Below the pieces are notes generated by a model that saw nothing but the letters and a program-made list of their open reading frames with translations, did not search any database and was not told where the DNA came from. This document shows, in pieces, positions 55,667-64,000 of a DNA stretch of 64,000 nucleotides; the first letter of the stretch is position 1, and each line of letters starts with the position of its first letter. The position numbers and the translations under genes were made by a program. The DNA is from Cyanophora paradoxa CCMP329. Its lineage: Eukaryota > Plantae > Glaucophyta. The stretch covers positions 124,001 through 188,000 of the forward strand of contig QPMI01000599.1 in NCBI GenBank assembly GCA_004431415.1, in the 5' to 3' direction.

Positions 55667-56786
55667 CTTGGGGCACCGAGCCTCCGACGGTCGGCTCTCA
55701 GAGTCTTGCGAATCAAGTTGCGATTGCTGCCTACAAGCTATACCTACAGACAGCTATGTAGCTAAGCCCGATATGCAACGCGCGCGGCCGACGGCCGTTG
55801 GCGCTGGCTGCACAAATAGCTATAGCCTACGCGATGCTAAGCTGCCGGTAGCCGGCGGTACCGGTAGGCCGATGGCCCGACCAAGACAGCGCGTCGCTGT
55901 TGCCCTCGTAGCTCAAAGGTTAGAGCTCCTCGAATTGAAAAAAAGCGGTGTGAAGTCCTTACTGCCCGGAGGGTGGGGGACCGCTGCCTCCCGCACGCAA
56001 GTGCGAGGGTGATGCCCTACGGGGTAGCCCGGGCGGCCGACCGTCAGCCAGACAAAGTGCGGCGGCGTTCGAGATGATCCAGGTTCGACTCCTGGCGAGG
56101 GTAGCGCTTTTCCCTTGGGCCTCAGCAGTCGGAGCCGCTGAGCCTCTCTCTCCTCTGGCGCCGGCGAGCTTGCAACTGCGGTTGCAGCAGCGAGGCAGAC
56201 GGCTTTCTGCTGGCTCGCAATCGTTCACAGCGGGCGCGCTCGTTTTCGGCCGGGATCCTCGCCAAATCCTCGAGCTCCGGATCCTAGGCTTCGGCCAGCT
56301 CCGCCAGCTCAGCTGCAGACTCTGTGCTCGGTTCAACCCAATAGAATCGACTAGCTTCAGGCCATGCCGGTCGCAAACGCTTCCGTGAAGGCTTACGCCT
56401 GTGCGCTGGCGCCCGGCCATGGCCAGCGCCCGCGGCCGCGGCCGACCCGCGGCCGCCCGCGGCCGGCCTGCCCTGACCGCTGTGCGCCGGCGCATTGCAG
56501 GCGAGAAATGCGCGAATACATGCGACATCCTGGGTGCTCCGTGCCTTTCCGCCCCGCCCGGCGCTAGACGGCGCCTCCGGCCGGGCCTCGCCGGGCGCCA
56601 TGGCCAACATTAACATTGCCCCAACACATCCTGATCAGATGCGAGCTCCTATGTAACTTTGGACCAGTACAACAAGCCATCAAGCTACCCTGCAAAAGCC
56701 GCGAAGCTTGGTCCGCACCTGTACATGTGCTCCTTCATTTCTTGAGCTGCAGCTGTTCGGCTCTTGCGAAATTGGTCGCCAATCCG

Positions 56787-57756
56787 ATGACCCTCACGCA
56801 TACGGCCGCAGGCGCGAAGTCGATCTATCAGACGTACACCGTCGGTGGCACCGTGAGCCAGCGCGAGCGATTTTGCCCTCCTCCGTGCTGGATCATGCTA
56901 GTGAAAGGCTTACCCGCGGCGCGCAGACCACCAACGTCTGCTTCAACGTCCGTGCCGGGCCCCGCCCTCCACCCGAGCCGCCCACCGCGCCGCGGGCCGC
57001 GACCGTCCGTCCTCCGACGCCGGCGCGCGCTCGCCCCGCAGCTGTCGGCCACCTGGGGCACAAAGGCAGCGACCGCCTCCAACGTTCCTAACGTGCGCTT
57101 CTGGGGGCCAGCGCTCGCCATGGCGGCTGCGTTCTGATCGCGACTGCGGTGGTCGGCAGCCGACGGAGGCGGCGGGCTACGGGGAGTGCTGGAGCGGGGC
57201 GGACTGCAAGGGCCTCGTCATCTCGACCACCCCGCGGCACAACAACGACGCCGTGAGACCCGTCACGCCGCGGGCCGCAGCTCGGCGCCGATCCCGCGGC
57301 CGGCGCCCGGGCCCCTCGCGCGCAGGCGGCGTACGGGAAGATCTGCGACCTCCAGCTGGGCGGCGACTCGGTGGCGCTGGTGGAGACGAAGAACGGGACG
57401 ACCGCCAAGAACTGCTACAACGTCGCCCTCTCCACCGCGCTGACGCAGACGACCGTGGGCAGCAGCGCCCTCGACGAGGCGACGAACCCCGTCGACGTCG
57501 GCGAGCTCGAGCTCGAGCTCGAGGGCGCGCTCGAAGAGGCCCCGCCGCCCCTGCCCCCGCCCCCGCCCCCGCAGCCGCGGCCGTGACGCCGGGGACCGGG
57601 GGCCCGGGGCAGAGCTGCGCCTCCGAGGCCGAGGGCGAGGGGGAGACGGACGGGGAGCTCGAGGCCGAGGAGGCCTGCGAGCTCCTTGCCGCCGAGCTGG
57701 CGGCCGGGCTCGGGCTCGAGGCGGCCACGGCCGGCTTAGAGGCCGAGGCCTGCTGA
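56787..57756 (+). CDS. Small Thr/Cys-rich protein of unknown function with acidic tail, multi-exon
   Basis: Short exons bounded by GT...AG (MTLTHTAAGAKSIYQTYTVGGT; TTNVCFN; LSATWGTK; GECWSGADCKG; YGKICDLQLGG...). Confidence 0.5.
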
Positions 57757-58172
57757 GTCCGCTTCGGTCGCTGGGTGCTCTAGCTAGGTACCCCCCTCTC
57801 GCGCCCGCGCCCCTCCCTTATTTATATTAAGCTGCAGCGGCTGGGGGGCTAGCTATAGGTACCCCTCCCGCCGCTGCCTCTCTACCCCCTCCACCCATTC
57901 GCACGCGGCGTATTGTAAATGTAACGAAGGGAGCTGCGTGCTATTAATATTGTCAGCGATTCGCTGCTATCCGGTGACCCCATCCAGCGCCCCGGCCCGG
58001 CCCCGCGGGCTTCTGCAGCTGATCATGACCCGCGAAATTCGCGCCGTGCTCTACTATATATCGAGTTCATGATCTGCCGGCCTCGCGTCGGCGCCGGCGC
58101 CGGACGGATTCGAAGCGGTCGACTAGTGCTGGTGCTAACCAAGGCATCTGCCCTAGGGGTACAGGGGTACAG

Positions 58173-59090
58173 CTAGCGCCTGCGGTCCCGGTCCCGATCC
58201 CGGTCCCGGTCGCGGTCCCGGTCCCGGTCGCGGTCCCGATCCCGGTCCTTGTCGCGGTCCCGCCGGTCTGCCGTGCCCGGCGGTCAGCGGGCAGCCCCGA
58301 GGGGTACAGCGCGGCGGGCCCGCGGACGGCGTACCCCGATCCCGGTCGCGGTCCCTGTCCCGGTCCCTGTCGCGCTCCTGCGGGGGCTCAGCACAGGGGG
58401 GGGGGGAGGGAGGGATGAGGGGTGCAGGCGAACCTTGTCCTTCTCCCGCTCGCGCTCCTTGCTGCGCGCCCTGCGGTCGTCCCGGTCCCGGCTGCGGTGA
58501 GCGGACGCGAGTCAGCACACTCGCGGAAGCCCAGGCGCTCGAGCAGGGAGAGCCGTGCGAGGGAGCGCACCTCTTCTCGGGGCTCCGGCTGCGCCGCCGC
58601 TTCGCATCGGGCTCCTGCGCAGAGGAAGAGCGCTCTCAAGCCCTGTACAAAAGGGGTGGCGGGGCGGCGGGGACTTCGAGGGGCGCACCTTGTCCTCCTT
58701 CTTCTCCTTCTCCTCCTTGGGGTCCTTCGAGGAGGAGCGTTCGTCCCTGGAGGAGCGTTCGTTCCTGGAGGAGCGTTCGTCCCGCCGGTCCCGCTCGCGG
58801 TCGCGGTCCCGCCGCTCCTCCCGCCGGTCCTCCCGCCCCTCCCGCCCCGGGGGCGGCGGGCCAGGGGGCATGAAGGGCGGGCCCCGGAAGGGCGGCCCGG
58901 GGGGGAACGGGCCCGGCATGGGCCGCCCCGGGAAGTACGGGACGGGTACCCCCGGCATGCCCATCATCGGGGGCACGCCCATGGGCGGCCGCATGCCGTA
59001 GGGCCCCATCATGGGCGGGGGCACGAAAGGCGGGAAGGGCGCGCCGGGCGGCGGGGCCCCCCTCCGGCCCCGCTCCTCCTCCCGCTCGCT

Positions 59091-59124
<34 letters not shown>

Positions 59125-60813
59125 GAGCCGCCCTCGGCGCCCGGGGCGTGCCGGGGGTGGCCGGCCGCCGGGGCTCGCCCTCGGCGCCCTCGCGGTCGCC
59201 CTCCGCCTTGGGCGCCCCCTCGCCCTCCGCCTTCGCCGCCGCCGCCGCCGCCGCCCCGTCGCCCTCCGCGGGGGCTGCGCGTCGCGCGGCGGGCCCGAGG
59301 GCGGGCGCCCCGGCGGGGGCGGGCCCTCCCGCCACCCGGGCGGCGGCGGGCCCTCCCTCCACCCCATCGGCGGCCCGCCGAACGGCGGCATGCCGAACGG
59401 CGGCGGCGGGCCGTGCATGTGGTGCGGCGGTCCCATCCACGGCTCCCACGGGCCGTCGTGGGGGTACCCCCCCTCGCCGCCGCCGCCGCCGCCGTTCTCC
59501 CCCCCGTCGTCGTCTCCTCCGGCGAGCACTGTCATGACGCTGTCGTCCTGCGGGGCGGAGGAGGTCGGAGGGGGCACGCGGCGGCCGCACGGGGGCACGG
59601 CGCCGCACCTGCTCGCGCCACTTGCGCTTCTGGGCGTTGGCGTTGGGCCCCGGGCCCATCGAGAAATCGTCCATCGCCTGGAGCGGCCGCGGCTCGAAGG
59701 GGCCCATCGGCGGCATCGGCGGGCCCATGGGCGGGCCCATCGGGCGCCCGGGGGCCCGGGGCCGAACGGCGGGCCCGGAGGCGGCGGCGGGCCGCGCGGC
59801 GGGCCCGAGCCGGGGGGGCCCATGGGGAACCCGCGCCCAGCCGCCGCCATGCGGAGCTCCGGCGGCATGTGGGGGTCCATGGGGGGTACCATGATGCCGC
59901 CCTGCGAGGGGCCGCCGGGGGGGCCCATCGGGGGAGGCCCGCCGGGGCCCGCGCCGCCATCGAACACGCGGATGCGCGACTGCATCGCGTTCATCTTGCG
60001 CAATTCGATCTGCTTCTGGCAGTACGCGTTCCACGTGTCTTCCTGCGCGGCCGGCTCGAACAAGGCGTGGGAAGGCAGGGCCGGGCGGAGCGCGGCGCGC
60101 ACGGTGAATCCGTAGTTGAAGTAGTCCGTGATGTCCGTGCCGGGCCGGTTCCACGGCTTGTTGGGGTCTCCCGAGCCCTCGATGGGCCGGTACAGGTCCT
60201 CGAAGCCCGGCTGCCCCGGCGGGCCCTGGCCCGGGCCGCCCGGTCCGCGCCCGCCGCGCTGCTCTTGGCCCGGCGTCGAGAGGGAGAAGGCGGGCGGGAG
60301 TGGGCCCGACGGAGTCGGCGGGGCGCCCGCGCCGCCCGCTCCGCCCGCACCGGGCGTCTTCGCCGGGGTGATCTGGTAGCCCGGCCGCACGTATTTGTGC
60401 GACGTCCAGCTCTGTCGGAAGGGCGCTCCGCCGCTCGGCCTGCCCGCCGCGTCGGTCCCACTGGTCGTGAGCTGGATCTGCGCATTCGCGCGGGATCGTC
60501 GGATGGTCCCGTCAGGGGCCAGGGAGGCGGAGGAGCGCGACGAATCGCGAGCGCGTCGCGCGCGAACCTGGACATTGTCGTCGTCGTCATCGTCCGGAGC
60601 GACTTCCTCGTACTCGGACCCGCCCGCGCGATTGCCGCCCTGGCCCGGCGTTTGTTGAACGGGAACGGCGTCTCCGTACAGGTCTAGCTCCTCCTCGCGC
60701 TGCTGGCCGGGCGCCTCGCGCTTCGCGGGTGTCGCGGCTGGCGCGGGCCCCGCATCTCCGTAAAGCTGCGAGTAGAGATCGTCCTCCTCTTCTCCTGCGC
60801 GCCCCGCTCCCAT
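58173..60813 (-). CDS. FIP1: Pre-mRNA 3'-end processing factor Fip1
   Basis: Fip1 motif [30 protein letters not shown]. Acidic N-terminus, Pro/Gly-rich middle and RD/RE-repeat tail. Confidence 0.92.
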
Positions 60814-60894
60814 CGTGCCCGCGAAGCCGCACGGCTCGCAAGCTTTCGCCGCAGCCGCCGGGTACGCGATCTTGAGGGAGAGCTCGCCGCAACG

Positions 60895-61623
60895 ATGTCG
60901 GGGTCCGGGGACGAAGCTTCCAAAGCCGCCGAAAAGGAGAAGTATGAGAACACGCTGGTCCAGTACATATGCGTCCGCGGCGATTTGCAGAAGAGCATGA
61001 ACTGGCCGACGGGCAGCGTGATCGCCCAGGCGGCGCACGGTGCGTATGCCTCCCGCCGCGCTAGCTAGCGCCGCTGCCGCCCGCCGCCGCCCTCCCGCGC
61101 GACTCGCGCGGGCCACCGACGCGCCGCAGCGGCCGTGGGCATCATCTTCGAGACAGCGGAGGACCCAGCGGTGCGGGATTACTGCAGCGGCGGCGTCGGC
61201 GACAGCGTTGCGCGGAACATGCACAAGGCGCGCCCGGGGTTCTGCTTCCCACTGCGCCGCCGGCCGCAGAGCGCTGACCGCCTCCGCCGCGCCCGCGCAG
61301 GTCGTCGTTGAGGCGAAGGACGAGAAGGTCGGTCCTGCCCGCTCCGCCGCGACGCGGATCAAATCGCGCCCACTGACCGACCGCGGCCCTCGCGCAGGAC
61401 CTGACGAAGCTGGCACTCTCCTTGTCAGAGGAGAAGGTGCTTCACAAAGTCTGGGTGCGCTCACACTCGGCCGCAGGCATCGACATGCGCGGCCGAGCCG
61501 AGAATCTAAGCGAGGCGGCCGCAGATCGAGCAGCCCGAGAACATCCCGACGTGCCTCGCGACGAAGCCGTACCCTAGGAAGGACATCGCTCGGTTCTTCA
61601 AGAAGTTCAGGTTGTACAAGTAG
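60895..61623 (+). CDS. PTRHD1: PTH2-family peptidyl-tRNA hydrolase (PTRHD1-like), 5 exons
   Basis: LVQYICVRGDL...WPTGSVIAQAAH-AAV...MHK-VVVE...[36 protein letters not shown]. Confidence 0.92.
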
Positions 61624-61714
61624 GCTCTGTACAGGACCCAGTGCATTTCGAATCGTTCCTAGGGAGGAGCTAGGAGGGGGGAGGCTGAAAGGGCTAGCTA
61701 GCGCTCACGCGGGG

Positions 61715-64000
61715 TCAGGGCTTCTTCCCGGGGAGCGGAGGGTGGTGGTGGTGGTGGTGGTGGGAGTGGGACCCGCCCTTCGGGCCGCAGGCCGCGCACC
61801 GGTGGCCCAGCGAAGAGAAGGCCGGCGGGCCGCCCTTCGCCGGCGGCGCGCTGCCCGGCGGCGCCGGGCCGGCCCCGCCCCGGGCGGAGGGGGGTACCGT
61901 GGATGTGCCGGGGGCGGAGGCTGGGAGGGCCCGGATGGCGGGGGTGGAGGGGTTGGAGGGGTACACGTTGTCGAAGTTCAGGGCGGCGGGGCGCGGGGGG
62001 GAGGAGCCGCTGACGCTGCCCTGGTACCGCTGGCGCATCGTTTGAATGTTCTGCAGACGAGTCAGCGAGAGATACAGACGCGCTCCTGCGGGGTACAGAG
62101 AAGCGCGCCTGGAACTCGCTCCGCGTGTCCATGTAGTCAATCACGAGCTTTTCGAGGCGCGTGCGGCTCTCCTCCGCGCGCCGCCGCGCCGACACGTTCG
62201 CCTGCGCGCCCGCCCGCCTCGGAAACGGGGAGGGGCGGGCGCAGGACCGAGTCGTCGCTCACCTGAACCCGCCACGAGGTGAATATCTCGCGCAGGTCGG
62301 CGGCCGGCGTGGCGGGGCCGGCCCCGGGCCGCCCGGCCGAGGCGGGGCGCGGGGCCTGGAGGCCTCGCGGGCCGCCCGCCGCGCCCGCACGCCGGCGCGC
62401 CAGCCCTCGAAGGCCGCCCGCGCCCTCCGCCGCTCGCTCCTCGCCGCCATCGCCTCCACCCGCTGCCTGCGCCCCCGACTCAGGCCCCAGCCCGCCAGCC
62501 CTAGAAGCGGGCCCGCTCGGATCGAACCGGATCCTCCGGAGCGCGTCCAGCGGGCGGGTCCGGCGCGGGAGCGGGGAGGTGGAGGGGCGGGGGGCGGGGG
62601 CCGCCTCTCCCGGGAGCGGGCGCGGCAAGAACCCAGCGCGCCGTCACCGGCCCGGCGGGGCTCGCGGCGGGCGACTTCCGCCGCCCCGCCGTCCCTGCGC
62701 GCCGCGCGCCGCACACTCAGCCTGGGCCCCGTGCTTTCAAGCGCGAAGTTCGCGTACCCGGTGCCGGGCGCGTGATGACGACATCCCCGTCATCGTCGTC
62801 GTCCCCTTGTACTCCGTCGTCGCTTTCGGGGTCTGAAAGGACGGGTACAGGCGTCATCAGGAACGAGCGGCGAGGGGGCGGAAGGGGCGCGGGCGGACCG
62901 GTGAGGGCGGCGTACGGGTCGGCCCTCGCCCGGGCGTTCCCCTCGGCGCCCTCCTCGTCGGTGGAGTCCAGCGCGGGGCGGCGGGCGGGGGCCGGGAGGG
63001 GGGCGCCGGGGCGGGGGAGCGGGCCTCGCGGGCCACGAGGGCGACGTTCGCCCACGCGAAGAACGCCTGCGCGAGCGGCGCGGTCGGGGCCGGAGCGCGG
63101 GGCGGGGGCCGGGAGAGGCGGGGCCGGGGCGGACGCGTGCGAGGACGCGGCGCTGGATCTTGAGGACGGCGATCGCGAGGCGCCGCCGCTCCCGCACCCA
63201 CCCCCGCCACTGCCGGCCCCGTCAGGCCGCCCCGGGGCCTTGGGTGCGGCTTCCACGGGGCGCGCGCCTGCTTGAAGAGGGTCTGCCGGCGGAAGGCGTC
63301 CGCCTCCTCCGCCGCCCCCCGCGCCTGCCGGGGGCGGATGAGCGGGGGCGCGGGGAGGGCGGGGGCGGGGAAGGGGGGGTACCTGCTGGACGACGGCGAG
63401 CCACGCGACGAAGCAGCGCGCCGTGCTCCGCCGCGCCCCCTGCGCCCCCCCGTCAGGCGCGGCGGGGGAGGGGAGGCGGGCGGGCCGCGGGCGGGCCTTG
63501 TCGACGATGGAGAGGAAGCCGCGCTGCCGGCGGCGCGCCTCGCGCGCCGCCAGCCGCCACGCTCCCAGCGCCAGCCGAAGGCGGGGCCCCCGCCCCGCCC
63601 GGTCCGCCGCCATCTGAGGTCAGAGGTCGGAGGAGGAAGGGAAGGGGAGGGGCGGGGTTCGCTCTTCGGCGCGCGCGCACGTCGACGGCCGCCTCGCGCG
63701 TCGACTGGTGCCGGCCCCACTGCGCCCCCTTGCGCGCCTCTGCGAACTCCGCGCTGAGCTTCTTGCTTGGGGGGAAGGGGGCGAAAGGAAGGGGGTACCG
63801 GCGGCGAGCCGCTCGTACTCGAGCTGCGCCCTCGCGCGGATCGCCTCCTGCTCCGCGTCCCCTGCGCCGAAAGACGGGAGGGGGTACACGTTAGGAAGGG
63901 GCTCCCCGTCCCCCTTCCCCCCGGCGGGGTACGACGCACTCCGGAGGGCGCGCAGGCGCTCGACGGTCGAGTGGAGGGCGGCCGCCCGCCTCCCGCACGC
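61715..64000 (-). CDS. Helical protein with Sfi1-like (centrin-binding-type) F/LxxW repeats; 5' end outside window
   Basis: Repeated LALGAWR, RCFVAWL, AFFAWAN, AAFEGWR and EIFTSWR, followed by a coiled coil and a His-rich C-terminus. Confidence 0.5.

Overview
The window is GC-rich, intron-dense eukaryotic host DNA with short GT-AG and frequent GC-AG introns; the host species cannot be identified from this window. It is interrupted at 11841-39131 by a 27.3-kb AT-rich endogenous DNA virus of the Polinton/Maverick / Polinton-like virus (PLV) type. The element encodes a probable double-jelly-roll major capsid protein, two penton-like proteins, an A32-type packaging ATPase (with a nonsense codon), a Maverick-type PolB with vOTU-like and EndoVII-like domains, an rve integrase, a PolA-like (TV-Pol) primase-SF3 helicase, a patatin-discoidin fusion, a giant fibre-like gene, a Zn-ribbon/PD-(D/E)xK endonuclease and an S-adenosylmethionine decarboxylase. 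The most unusual feature is its ends. Each terminates in its own fold-back hairpin with a perfect stem, outside 87-bp inverted repeats that are only about 92% identical. The element is flanked by a perfect 91-bp duplication of a host dynamin-like exon rather than the roughly 5-6 bp duplication expected of an rve integrase. This suggests a hairpin-ended linear virus genome captured whole (inference). Host genes are a synaptojanin-like phosphatase, an unknown membrane protein, an LRR/ankyrin protein, the disrupted dynamin-like GTPase, an ABC half-transporter with a cNMP-like domain, a beta-helix/BTB protein, an unknown protein, FIP1, PTRHD1 and an Sfi1-like repeat protein. A probable 1.5-kb non-autonomous Helitron-like element lies at 42791-44290. 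Host exon boundaries were read by eye, and family calls come from motif recognition, not database searches.
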